Positions 29,528-39,426 of a DNA stretch of 64,000 nt are shown piece after piece. The translations under genes and the position numbers were made by a program. Positions within the stretch are counted from its first letter, which is position 1. Every line of letters starts with the position of its first letter. Source of the stretch: Candidatus Parcubacteria bacterium (GTDB lineage: Bacteria > Patescibacteriota > Patescibacteriia > UBA1558 > GWA2-36-10); assembly GCA_018669975.1 (NCBI GenBank), contig JABHSK010000009.1:51127-115126 (forward strand). The letters are read 5' to 3'. The notes beneath the pieces are model-generated. The model searched no databases. It had not been told where the DNA came from and saw only the letters and a program-made list of their open reading frames with translations.

Positions 29528-30466
29528 TTACAGTCCTTGTCTATAAAAATCAGCAGCATCAGCTGGATCAATTGGATTAATAATCAAACCAGAACCAATT
29601 TCTACTCCAGCCCAAACCGAACCACGCGGAACTACCTTCATATACAAATGCTGATCATTATCATTTATAACTTGGTGGAAATAAAAATTGTAAGGTAAAT
29701 TCAGTTGCCCTATTTTTGTTAGGAGGTGTTTTAAGGACTTAGCAAAAGACTTCCTCTCTAGGTCATTCAACTCTGTAATATTATCTCTATGCTTAATAGG
29801 CATAATCCATGCCTCATAATTAAACATGGATGCATATGGAGTAAAGACAATTATATGTTTATCTTTATAAATCAATCTAGGACTTTTTGACTCTTTGGCT
29901 ATTACATCACAATAAACACAGTGCCCATGCTTCAACTTATAAGCTTGCTGACGTTGTGATTTGTCGAATAAATGTGGTGGTAAAAATTTTGTAGCAAAAA
30001 TTTGTGAGTGTGCGTGTTGCAAGCTAGCTCCGGCCACACCACCATTATTCTTAAATATTAATATATATTCAATTTTATTATTCTTGGAGATCTCTTTAGT
30101 GCGCTCTGAATAAGCCACTAATAAATCAGATATATGCTCAGTTGATAAGTCCTCAAGCTCTTGTGTATGGTCTGGTGTTTCTACTACTACCTCCTGTTGA
30201 CCATAGGCCTCTTTATTATCCAAAGAAACGGCTGGGTATTTATTGGCAATTATTTTTATCTGCCAATCATTATTTTTTCCTTTTTTATAAAGCGCTGGCA
30301 CACCCTTTAAACTGTCTGGGCAAAAAATACAAGAAGATACCATTTCTTTACGATGATTCTTAGGCACAATTGTGTCGTGTGGCCTCTTGCCACGTTTAGG
30401 GGCAATAATAACGTACTTTTCCTGAATATAATCTTTTCTTATTTCTGGACCTTTCATTTTACTCAT
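29528..30466 (-). CDS. galT: galactose-1-phosphate uridylyltransferase-family (GalT, HIT-like) nucleotidyltransferase
   Basis: IIAPKRGKRPHD and CIFCPD zinc motifs, HGHCVYCD, active-site HAHSQIF (HxHxQ). Confidence 0.65.
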   Translation of the reverse strand: MSKMKGPEIRKDYIQEKYVIIAPKRGKRPHDTIVPKNHRKEMVSSCIFCPDSLKGVPALYKKGKNNDWQIKIIANKYPAVSLDNKEAYGQQEVVVETPDHTQELEDLSTEHISDLLVAYSERTKEISKNNKIEYILIFKNNGGVAGASLQHAHSQIFATKFLPPHLFDKSQRQQAYKLKHGHCVYCDVIAKESKSPRLIYKDKHIIVFTPYASMFNYEAWIMPIKHRDNITELNDLERKSFAKSLKHLLTKIGQLNLPYNFYFHQVINDNDQHLYMKVVPRGSVWAGVEIGSGLIINPIDPADAADFYRQGL

Positions 30467-30470
30467 ATAA

Positions 30471-31970
30471 TTATTTTAATTTTTTATAAAGTTTTATATA
30501 ATCTTTAGCTGATCTATTCCAAGAAAAATCTTCACGCATACCAGCTGCTCTAATTTTCTTAAATTTGGTTTTGTTGTTATATATACGAATAGATCGCTCT
30601 AGTGCTTTCCTCATCTCAATCTGAGTATATTTTTTGAAAACAACCCCTGTTTTGTTGTTATTAACCGTATCCTTAAGTCCTCCTGTTTGTCTAACTATTG
30701 GTATAGTACCATAGCGCATAGCTATCATCTGACCCAAGCCACATGGTTCAAAACGAGAAGGCATTAAAAAGAAATCTGAGCCAGCATATATTTGTTGTGC
30801 CAATTTTAAACTAAAAGTAATATCAGCTCTAACTTTTTCAGGATATTTTTTAGCTAGCTCTTTAAAACCATCTTCATACTTATCATAACCTGTCCCCAAA
30901 ATAACCACTTGAATATCATGTTTCTTAACAATGCTCTCTAAAGCTGGTAGTAGTATATCTAAACCTTTTTGCTTGACTAAACGAGTGACTAACCCAAACA
31001 CTGGCTTGTCTTCAACTGGCAATTTAGAGGTTTTCTGTAAATATTCTTTATTACTCTGTTTGCCTTGAACGATAGTTTTAAGGGTATATCTTTTTTTAAT
31101 TAACTTATCCTTGGCTGGATCAAATAATTTAAGATCCAAACCATTTACTATGCCGGCTAAATGATTCTTTCTACGCAGTAAATATTTCTCTAGACCTGCT
31201 CCATACTCTTTGGTTAAAATCTCTTTAGCATAATTAGGACTAACTGTGTTAATGTAGTCGGCTGATAAGATTCCAACTTTCATAGAATCTATCTTGTGTC
31301 CATCCTTGTCATAATAATCTTCCATGAGAGCCGGCGTCAGCCTATGGTCCATGCTGCCATAATCTACTATGTCCAATCCAGTCACCCCTTGATTTGCTAA
31401 ATTATGAATAGTAAATAATGTTCTAATATTATCAAAGTGTGTATCCTCTAAATTATATTCATCTACAAATGTGGGTAACAATGCTGTATGCCAATCATGA
31501 CAATGAATCACATCGGGCCTCCACTTAAACTCCTTGACCATCTCAACTACAGCTTTAGAAAAAAATGTGAATCTCTCTACATCTCCAACACCTTTAATAC
31601 GTTTTTTCTTACTAGCACGCCTAACATTCTTTACATAATTACCACGACCCAAATAAACATTAGGACCATCAAATATTTTATGTTTAATAAAATAAATCTT
31701 TACTTGACTACCTGGCAATTTTCCTTGATAGATATCAAATTTAGCCTGCCTGTCTTCTATGAGCATGCTTAAATTTTTTTTAAAAAGTTTTATCTTATAT
31801 TTTCTTTTATTAATGCTGCCATATAATGGTAATGCTACCTTTATGTTAGTATTTAACTTTGCTAGAGCTATTGGCAAAGAACCCATTACATCACCCAGTC
31901 CACCAACCTTGGCAAATGGCGCTAATTCTCCTCCTACTAATAATACTTCAAGTTTATTTTTGTTTGGCAT
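30471..31970 (-). CDS. glgA: glycogen/starch synthase (GT5)
   Basis: N-terminal KVGGLGDV variant of the KTGGLADV motif; GT-B C-terminal domain; 499 aa. Confidence 0.85.
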   Translation of the reverse strand: MPNKNKLEVLLVGGELAPFAKVGGLGDVMGSLPIALAKLNTNIKVALPLYGSINKRKYKIKLFKKNLSMLIEDRQAKFDIYQGKLPGSQVKIYFIKHKIFDGPNVYLGRGNYVKNVRRASKKKRIKGVGDVERFTFFSKAVVEMVKEFKWRPDVIHCHDWHTALLPTFVDEYNLEDTHFDNIRTLFTIHNLANQGVTGLDIVDYGSMDHRLTPALMEDYYDKDGHKIDSMKVGILSADYINTVSPNYAKEILTKEYGAGLEKYLLRRKNHLAGIVNGLDLKLFDPAKDKLIKKRYTLKTIVQGKQSNKEYLQKTSKLPVEDKPVFGLVTRLVKQKGLDILLPALESIVKKHDIQVVILGTGYDKYEDGFKELAKKYPEKVRADITFSLKLAQQIYAGSDFFLMPSRFEPCGLGQMIAMRYGTIPIVRQTGGLKDTVNNNKTGVVFKKYTQIEMRKALERSIRIYNNKTKFKKIRAAGMREDFSWNRSAKDYIKLYKKLK

Positions 31971-32047
31971 ATTATATTTAACAAATATTAATTAACATTC
32001 TTATTATATCAAAAAACACCCTTTATCAAAAGGATGTTTCTGTACAA

Positions 32048-32626
32048 TTATGTTTCCTTTAAAAAACCTAGAATATCCTCTACCAATGCCGGGTTTGGTA
32101 ATACAGAGGCGTTGACTATCAAATATTCTAATTGGCTTGATTTTATTAAATCAATATACATTCGTTGTTGCTTAAGGTACTCCTTTGGCTGCTGAGCAAT
32201 ACGATCATAATGCGGATAAAGATTAAGCCTGTCCTCTAGACGTTTAGCTATTAATGACTCGTCTTCATCAAAAATAACCAAAATAATCTTAGCCTTAATT
32301 AATTTCAACCTTGCTTCTATGTCACTAAAATCAAAGGTTTTATTATTATATAGTTTTTGATAAACAGTTTCAGTTAAATGAAATTTTTCTACCATTACAT
32401 TAGTATCATTTATCTCTTCCATCAACTCTAGATACTTAAGTAGTGCTGTTTGTCCAAACTTAGTACCAAAAATACCTACATCACAGTTAAACCAATGACA
32501 ACCATCCATAATTTTTCCGCCACTATAATATTTTTGCTCCAAATGATTAAATATTTGGCTCATTAAATAACTTTTTCCTCCCAATTCTGGTCCTTCAAAT
32601 ATTATATTATGCTTAGGATTCTTCAT
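32048..32626 (-). CDS. P-loop kinase, thymidylate/deoxynucleoside-kinase-like fold
   Basis: IIFEGPELGGKSY Walker A resembling the TMK/dNK xEGxxGxGKS/T motif; 192 aa. Confidence 0.35.
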   Translation of the reverse strand: MKNPKHNIIFEGPELGGKSYLMSQIFNHLEQKYYSGGKIMDGCHWFNCDVGIFGTKFGQTALLKYLELMEEINDTNVMVEKFHLTETVYQKLYNNKTFDFSDIEARLKLIKAKIILVIFDEDESLIAKRLEDRLNLYPHYDRIAQQPKEYLKQQRMYIDLIKSSQLEYLIVNASVLPNPALVEDILGFLKET

Positions 32627-32627
32627 C

Positions 32628-33704
32628 TTAATGAAGGTTAATTATTTTTTCTTCTTTTTTGACTACTGCTAGATAACCCTGGGAATCTTGTAATAAATCA
32701 TCAATAGGGTTTTCTGCATCATTCATATAAAACAAAAATATGGCCGTTCTCAATGCTGTCCAGGCTTGATATAGGTTGATCCTAGATATATATTCAATGT
32801 CAATTTTGTCAAAATCTTTTTTAAAATAAGCTGAAATAAAAAATGTCTTATAATTGTTTATCTGCTCCCGAGAAATAAAATTGTGCCCCATGAAATCTAA
32901 TTGTTGTAGAAATGTTCCTAAATCCATCATTGGGTCACCATAGGCCAAATCTGTAAAATCTATCATCTCTAGGTCTTTAGAGTTAAGATCAAAAACAATT
33001 ATGTTCTCTGGATGATAATCACCATAAATAACTATATTACCCATCTTTGCTCTAAATTTATTTTCTAGAGCATTCATTTCCTCAGTTAACTCTTTAACTA
33101 GCTTTCCCTGCGTTTCGTCCTGATCCATAAAGTCTGCAATAAACTTACTAGGCTTAGGAGTCATGCCACTAATCTTAAAGGTGGGCCAATCAAACTTAAA
33201 TTTATTAGTATCAAAACAATGTAGTTTTTTTATCCAACCAGCTGCTAGAGTCAAACTTGGACCTAAATCAGCCTTGGGATCTTGAGTAAAAAAATGAAAT
33301 AAACTACGTCCAATAGAGGCCTCATAGAAGAAAGCCATTTGTTCCTTGCTAAAAAACAACGGCTTGGTCACTCGATATTTTCCTTTCCCAAAACCATGCT
33401 CATATAAGAACTTTGTTTTTCTATAGGCCTCCTCTTTGGTGCCATCTGAGTGCGCACCCGCAAAAATATCAATACTCTGTTGTTCATTTTGCTTGTCAAT
33501 ATATTTGACTCTGTATTCAACAACAAAGACTGCACTGGTAGCTCCCAAATGTTTTTTGTGAGCCTCTAACTCTACACTCTCTAACTCCTGAAAACCATCA
33601 AGGTGCTCTGGTAGATGCTTTCGCAATATTTCCTCCGCAAAACTTTTGTCTAGCAATTTAGCTATCCTATTTTTAGTTTGCTCTGTCGGTGTTTTTTTGT
33701 CCAT
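32628..33704 (-). CDS. aminoglycoside-phosphotransferase-fold small-molecule kinase (APH/maltokinase/fructosamine-kinase-like)
   Basis: Catalytic loop IYGDYHPENIIVF and DFTDLAYGDPMMDLG (DFG/GDP motifs); start 2 nt after the stop of the P-loop kinase gene. Confidence 0.6.
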   Translation of the reverse strand: MDKKTPTEQTKNRIAKLLDKSFAEEILRKHLPEHLDGFQELESVELEAHKKHLGATSAVFVVEYRVKYIDKQNEQQSIDIFAGAHSDGTKEEAYRKTKFLYEHGFGKGKYRVTKPLFFSKEQMAFFYEASIGRSLFHFFTQDPKADLGPSLTLAAGWIKKLHCFDTNKFKFDWPTFKISGMTPKPSKFIADFMDQDETQGKLVKELTEEMNALENKFRAKMGNIVIYGDYHPENIIVFDLNSKDLEMIDFTDLAYGDPMMDLGTFLQQLDFMGHNFISREQINNYKTFFISAYFKKDFDKIDIEYISRINLYQAWTALRTAIFLFYMNDAENPIDDLLQDSQGYLAVVKKEEKIINLH

Positions 33705-33718
33705 ACCACAAATTTTAT

Positions 33719-34936
33719 CTATTTATTATACTTGCGCCAATGTGTTAGCCAGGTATTTTTCTTAATATCTATATAAAGTTTCTCTGCTTTTATTTTTTCT
33801 TTACTAGTAGCCTTTTTCAATGATCTAACAGCTCGTATCAACTCTTCTGAGCCATTATCAATCATATCTGGATTCCATGTTAAAGGAGAAAATTCTGATG
33901 GCTTCTTAGCTGATGACCACCAAAAAGTACATGACGATACTCCACGGTCTAAGTGTTGCCTAGCCCACTGCCAATTACTATCACGCCTATATTTATAAAC
34001 TAAGTCACTAGCTAAATCCACCATCTGCCATAGCAGTTGATGAATTTTATTACTAGGATGATTCCATAAGGCATAGGGAATGTTTTTTCTAAGCTCTGCT
34101 TCGGTACTCTCCCAAGAAGCATCGCGTAAACCTATTATTTTTTTACTCCTTATTCCTGACAAATATTCTCCAACAGTCAAAACATCTAACTGTTTATTTT
34201 GTAAAATCTTTTCCAAATGACCTTGCCAATCCTCGTGCTGATGGCCATATATCTCTCCGTCTGTAGCAGTGATGATTGTTTCTGACTTTTTAAGTTGTTT
34301 TCTGAATTTCAAATAAATAACTTCTGCTGGGTATGCTTTAGATATTTTTCTGTTTCTAAAAATGACTTTTAATCCTATGTTTTTTATTTGATATAGAACA
34401 TCATCTTCTATTTTATCTTGAAAGTTGATAGCATCTAATATTATCCATTTGAAGCCTAATTTCTTCACTACCTTAGCAGCCTTAAAACTATAAGACATTT
34501 CTGGAAAATAAAATCCTTTAGTTTGACGTATGTCAAAATACTGTGCCAAAACTTCTTGATTAAGCTCAATCTGACGTTTAATTTCCCGCTCATTCAGTAG
34601 TGGTAGTAAAGCATGATATTTAGAAGATCCAGTTATCTCTATTTGTCCACGATCAACTAATTTTTTTAGCTTAACTAATAAATCTGGGCGTACATTGGCT
34701 AGTTGCTCTACCAAACTACCTGTAACGTTCAGCGTACAGCTAAAATTTCTATATTTATTCAACAGGGTAAACAAATACTCATAGCTCTCACTAGCTATTT
34801 GTTCAATCACGCCCCTGTGTTGCCAGGGTGGTTGGTAAATATGTAAAAAATTAACCCAGGTTATTTTATTTTTCATCTTGTTTTTTAAATTTAATCGCTT
34901 TTTTATAAAGTTCAATGTATTCCTTACCTGGTACAT
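33719..34936 (-). CDS. glycoside hydrolase family 57 alpha-glucan-active enzyme (alternative start at 34876)
   Basis: FLHIYQPPWQ (H-x-Y/H-Q-P) and EITGSSKYHALLPLL motifs characteristic of GH57. Confidence 0.55.
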   Translation of the reverse strand: MYQVRNTLNFIKKRLNLKNKMKNKITWVNFLHIYQPPWQHRGVIEQIASESYEYLFTLLNKYRNFSCTLNVTGSLVEQLANVRPDLLVKLKKLVDRGQIEITGSSKYHALLPLLNEREIKRQIELNQEVLAQYFDIRQTKGFYFPEMSYSFKAAKVVKKLGFKWIILDAINFQDKIEDDVLYQIKNIGLKVIFRNRKISKAYPAEVIYLKFRKQLKKSETIITATDGEIYGHQHEDWQGHLEKILQNKQLDVLTVGEYLSGIRSKKIIGLRDASWESTEAELRKNIPYALWNHPSNKIHQLLWQMVDLASDLVYKYRRDSNWQWARQHLDRGVSSCTFWWSSAKKPSEFSPLTWNPDMIDNGSEELIRAVRSLKKATSKEKIKAEKLYIDIKKNTWLTHWRKYNK

Positions 34937-36344
34937 CCCATGAAAATGAAGGTTTCATGCCTCTACAAACCAAGTCACGCCAAACCTTATGATATTTATA
35001 TGTCTCTAATGCTCGTGTAATAGCTACTAGTAGTTCCTGGGAGCTATAATTTTTAAATTTGAAACCATTTCCTTCATTTCCAGGTTCAAAATTTATTACA
35101 GTATCATTTAAACCACCTGTACTTCTAACGACTGGCACACATCCATAACGAAAAGCTTTCATTTGATTGATACCACAGGGCTCATGGTGTGAAGGCAAAA
35201 GTATTATGTCAGACCCCGCGTAAAGCTGATTCTCGTATTTAAGAGTTTTTTCATGTGACGGTATAACTGCTAATTTATCAGGAAATTTTTTGGCAACTTT
35301 TTTTAGTTTGCTAATAAAGTTCTTATCCCCACTACCTGCAATAATCAATTGAATATCAAAGTGCATCAAACGATTAACGATTTCTAATATTAACTCAAAG
35401 CCTTTTTGATAGGTCACCCTAGAGGTGGTACACAAAATTGGCACATCCTGATCAACTTTAAGTTTAAAAAGCTTCTGAATATATTTTTTGTTGAGCTTTT
35501 TGCGTTGAATCTTCTTATGATCATAATTTCGGTAGATAGTCTTATCATTCTTTGGATTAAGATCTTTATAATCAATGCCATTTACCACACCAAATAGTTT
35601 GTGTTCTCTATTTATTAAAACACGATGTAGATCCTGCCCAAAACTTCTCTTTAAAATTTCTTGGGCATAGGTTTCTGAAACTGTATTAATAGCATCAGCG
35701 CTAAGAATGGCTCGTTTAGCAAAGTTAATATATTCAATTTTTGGATCATTAAAAAGTGGTAGTGCTTTTTTACCCTTATCTTTATATTTGGGTGGTATTT
35801 CCCACCAATTAGAGCCGAGTTGAAAAACCAAATTATGAATAGTAAAAACAGTAGCTGCATTAGCCAATGTCCTGCTCTTTTTAAAACGAGTATTTTTCAA
35901 ATATGGCACTAGCCCTGTCTGCCAATCATGACAATGAAGAACATCAGCTTTAAATTTTAATAAAGAAACCAATTTTAATGCGGCCACATTAAATAAATAA
36001 AACCTAGCCCCTTCATGACCAGAGCCATATAACTCTTTCCGTCTAGAGAAATGTTTATCGTTGCGTATAAAATAAACCTTGAGGCCTGGTAATAACTCGG
36101 CCCTGTAATAACTGACTTTAACCTCGTTTTTTTTATCTATATATAACTTAACATCACTATATATTTTTTCTAGTTTGTGTTTTTTCCTATCAATTACCTT
36201 AGCATAAAATGGCGTAATAATTATTACGTCATTGCCAGCCCTATGCAAAGCCTTAGCCAATGATCTAGACACATCAGCTAGACCACCAGTCTTGGAATAA
36301 GGGTGTACTTCTGAGGTAATTGATACTATTTTTAACTTTTTCAT
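34866..36344 (-). CDS. second glycogen-synthase-family GT5 paralog (GlgA/GlgM-like)
   Basis: Canonical KTGGLADV motif at residues 18-25; 492 aa. Confidence 0.85.
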   Translation of the reverse strand: MKKLKIVSITSEVHPYSKTGGLADVSRSLAKALHRAGNDVIIITPFYAKVIDRKKHKLEKIYSDVKLYIDKKNEVKVSYYRAELLPGLKVYFIRNDKHFSRRKELYGSGHEGARFYLFNVAALKLVSLLKFKADVLHCHDWQTGLVPYLKNTRFKKSRTLANAATVFTIHNLVFQLGSNWWEIPPKYKDKGKKALPLFNDPKIEYINFAKRAILSADAINTVSETYAQEILKRSFGQDLHRVLINREHKLFGVVNGIDYKDLNPKNDKTIYRNYDHKKIQRKKLNKKYIQKLFKLKVDQDVPILCTTSRVTYQKGFELILEIVNRLMHFDIQLIIAGSGDKNFISKLKKVAKKFPDKLAVIPSHEKTLKYENQLYAGSDIILLPSHHEPCGINQMKAFRYGCVPVVRSTGGLNDTVINFEPGNEGNGFKFKNYSSQELLVAITRALETYKYHKVWRDLVCRGMKPSFSWDVPGKEYIELYKKAIKFKKQDEK

Positions 36345-36347
36345 ATT

Positions 36348-36842
36348 CTAAACTAATTTCTTATTAAAGAAAGATGCTGTTATAGCTATCGCCAAAGCAT
36401 CTGCTGCATCATCTGGCTTAGGCACTGATTCTAACTTCAGAATCGTCTTAACCATTAGACCCACTTGTCGTTTAGCAGACTGCCCGTTACCAGTAACAGC
36501 CTGTTTTATTTGCGGAGGAGTAAATTCTAACAATTCTTTCTTGTTCTGCTGAATTGCTAGTATAACCACACCCCTAGCCTGTCCTACATCCAAGGCAGTT
36601 TTTACATTTTTCCCAAAATACAATTTTTCCACGGCTACCAAATCTGGATTGTATTTTTTTATAAGTTCGTCAACGCTATTATATATCTCCTGTAATCTAA
36701 CACTAAGATTTTTATTTTTTGAAGTCTGAATGCTACCTGTATCAATAAACTCTAATTTATTACCCTCTTTAGCAATAACACCAAAGCCAGTGTCTGCTAT
36801 GCCTGGATCGATGCCTAAAATATTTGTTTTTGTAGATGTCAT
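36348..36842 (-). CDS. ruvC: Holliday junction resolvase
   Basis: ILGIDPGIADTGFGVI N-terminus with catalytic Asp; 164 aa. Confidence 0.9.
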   Translation of the reverse strand: MTSTKTNILGIDPGIADTGFGVIAKEGNKLEFIDTGSIQTSKNKNLSVRLQEIYNSVDELIKKYNPDLVAVEKLYFGKNVKTALDVGQARGVVILAIQQNKKELLEFTPPQIKQAVTGNGQSAKRQVGLMVKTILKLESVPKPDDAADALAIAITASFFNKKLV

Positions 36843-37558
36843 TAAATGTCAGCGTTAGTATAAATGTTGTTGACGTCATCATCATCGTCTAATGCATCCA
36901 TTAAATTCAAAACTTTCTCAGAATCTTTTAATCCTACCTTATCTTTGGCCAAATAAATCATCTCTGAAGACTCAACATCAAAATTTGCAGTCTGTAAAGA
37001 ATTCTTTATTTTTTCTAAATCATCAATATTGGTGATAATCCTAATTTTATCTTCCACTAAAATATCCTCCGCTCCAGCTTCAATTAGCTTCATTTCTTCC
37101 TCTTCGGTCAACTCGCTCTTATCTAGAATAACCTCGCCCTTCATTTCAAACATCCACAAAACACTACCATTGCCGCCTAAACTACCATTATGTTTACTCA
37201 AAATATGTTTAACATTAGACACTGTTCTGTTTTTGTTGTCTGTTAAAATCTCAATTATCAATGCTGCTCCGTCTGGACCATAGGCTTCGTACAAGAGACT
37301 TTCTATCTGCCCCTCATCACCGGTACCACTGCCCTTTTTAACAGCTCTGTCAATATTATCTTTGGGCATAGACATTGCTTTAGCCTTGTCTATGGCCATT
37401 CTTAATTTAAAATTTGAATCTGGATCAGCCCCACCACGAGCTGCTACAGCAATATTCTTTGATAACTTGGTAAATAAATTGCTTCTTTTGGCGTCCTTGG
37501 CTTCTTTGGCTCTTTTGATTGTTGACCACTTGGAATGTCCGCTCATAAAAATTGACAA
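36842..37558 (-). CDS. yebC: YebC/PmpR-family transcriptional regulator
   Basis: MSGHSKWSTIKRAKEAKDAKRSNLFTKLSKNIAVAARGGADP. Confidence 0.9.
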   Translation of the reverse strand: MSIFMSGHSKWSTIKRAKEAKDAKRSNLFTKLSKNIAVAARGGADPDSNFKLRMAIDKAKAMSMPKDNIDRAVKKGSGTGDEGQIESLLYEAYGPDGAALIIEILTDNKNRTVSNVKHILSKHNGSLGGNGSVLWMFEMKGEVILDKSELTEEEEMKLIEAGAEDILVEDKIRIITNIDDLEKIKNSLQTANFDVESSEMIYLAKDKVGLKDSEKVLNLMDALDDDDDVNNIYTNADI

Positions 37559-37728
37559 TTAATCTATTTTTTATATGTTTTGTATAGATATCTTAGCAAT
37601 TATGCCTTAAAAAATCAACCAAAAAAAGCTATCCACTTGACTAGTTAATAAATAAATAATAAACTACAAATATCATTCGTTCTGTATTAAAAACTTTTGC
37701 TCCTTGTATAATAAACCTAACTTTTTAT

Positions 37729-37765
37729 CCCCGCACCCATGCCTGACGGGGATTTTATTTTTATC
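37729..37765 (+). terminator. orphan GC-rich hairpin plus T-run (terminator or attenuator-like) in a divergent intergenic region
   Basis: atccccgcacccatgcctgacggggattttatttttat; no upstream plus-strand gene. Confidence 0.3.
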
Positions 37766-37800
37766 TTTATTCTTATAGTTTTTTTTGCTAAAATGTAAGC

Positions 37801-39426
37801 ATGCCTGAAAAATCTCAAAATAAACATAATAAACTATTCACTTGGATTAAACAACACAAATTATTGCTACTAATAATAGTCGTGTTTTTGATTCTAAACA
37901 ACCTTTCTTATATCATAGGTTTTTGGCAAAGCAGTCAAAGCTCTGAACTAATATACAGAGTTACTCCACTTATGAACAGAGCCGATCATTTTGTCTACCT
38001 ATCACACATAGAACAAGGTAAAGAGGGTCATCTAATGACTAAGTTGCTCTATAATCACCTGGCTGAAAACAATGTTATGTTCTCACCACACTGGTATATA
38101 ATTGGGCAGTTTAGCAATATAACAAATATCAGTGTAGTCACTAGTTATTTTATTTGGCGAATATTATTATTAATTCCGTTTCTATTTTTACTATGGTGGT
38201 TTATCAAAAAAATATTCTCTAGTTATAAAAAATCAATTTTGGCCATGCTGACGATATTGTTTGGCAATGGTATAGGAACCATCTTTATAAATATATTTCC
38301 AGAAAGCACTCTAAAACCGACCAATTTGTGGATGCCTGAAAGTATTACATTCTTATCACTCAATCAGACGCCGTTATTTGTCTTGGCGCTGATATTGATC
38401 CTGTTGGTGTTTATATCATTTATAGAAAGTGTAAAAAGTAAAAAAAATTATTTAATACTAATCTGCTGTTCACTAAACCTGCTACTAACTCTAATACACA
38501 CCTATGATATGGTGATCACCCTAGCTGTTTTAACTGGTTGGTCAGCTTTTAAATTTTATCAAACTAGGCATAAAAAAATAATCCTCTACTTAGCTTATTT
38601 ATACTTTGTATCTGGAACGGGTGCGCTCTACTATGCCTGGCTATTAAGGCGTGACTTAGCGATGATTCAATGGAACGCTCAAAACCTGTGCATCTCTGGT
38701 CCATTAACTGAATATCTATGGGGAATGGGACTTTTATTCGTATTCTCAATAGCTGGTATAGTGTACATTATCAAAAAAAGATTATTCCAAAACGATTACC
38801 TAAATCTAATCACTGTCTGGGCCGCTATTGGTTGGGTGTTAATTTATCTACCAGTACATTTTAATCGTCGCTTATCTAATGGTTGGCACATGGCCCTGGC
38901 TATTACTTCTTTGTATTTTTTCCTTTGGCTACACAAAAAATTTCCTGTGGTGCTGCGGGGCGCATTAATTACTGTAGTGGGCTTCCTGGTGTTCTTTGAT
39001 ACTATGATATTTTTATCCGTAGACTCATCAGTAACACGCAGTAATGAGTCACATTATTTTTTTCATAGCCAGACTAAGCAAGAAATATATCAACAAATAC
39101 AAGCCACCACCGATGAACACGATGTTATACTGACCCGTGGCATAGATGGTAATCACTTGCCTGGTTTTACTGCTAGAAAAGTATACACTGGGCACCTAAT
39201 GGGCACCTGGGAAGCCGTTCTAAAAAATAGAGAAGTTGAAAAATTATGGTCAAACCCTAATGATATATCAGAATGGTTAGTAGACAAAAATATTGCCTAT
39301 ATTTTTGCTAGTCGTTTTTATATCCCTGAATTTGATAAAATAAAATGGCTCGCTAAAGAAAAATATATCGAGCCAATCATAGATAATGATGAATTTATAC
39401 TTTATAAAATATTGTTAGAAGAATAA
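37801..39426 (+). CDS. large polytopic membrane protein, unknown function (possible GT-C-like)
   Basis: 541 aa, at least 11 TM helices, C-terminal soluble domain; TGn-TAAAAT extended -10 at about 37783-37794. Confidence 0.35.
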   Translation: MPEKSQNKHNKLFTWIKQHKLLLLIIVVFLILNNLSYIIGFWQSSQSSELIYRVTPLMNRADHFVYLSHIEQGKEGHLMTKLLYNHLAENNVMFSPHWYIIGQFSNITNISVVTSYFIWRILLLIPFLFLLWWFIKKIFSSYKKSILAMLTILFGNGIGTIFINIFPESTLKPTNLWMPESITFLSLNQTPLFVLALILILLVFISFIESVKSKKNYLILICCSLNLLLTLIHTYDMVITLAVLTGWSAFKFYQTRHKKIILYLAYLYFVSGTGALYYAWLLRRDLAMIQWNAQNLCISGPLTEYLWGMGLLFVFSIAGIVYIIKKRLFQNDYLNLITVWAAIGWVLIYLPVHFNRRLSNGWHMALAITSLYFFLWLHKKFPVVLRGALITVVGFLVFFDTMIFLSVDSSVTRSNESHYFFHSQTKQEIYQQIQATTDEHDVILTRGIDGNHLPGFTARKVYTGHLMGTWEAVLKNREVEKLWSNPNDISEWLVDKNIAYIFASRFYIPEFDKIKWLAKEKYIEPIIDNDEFILYKILLEE

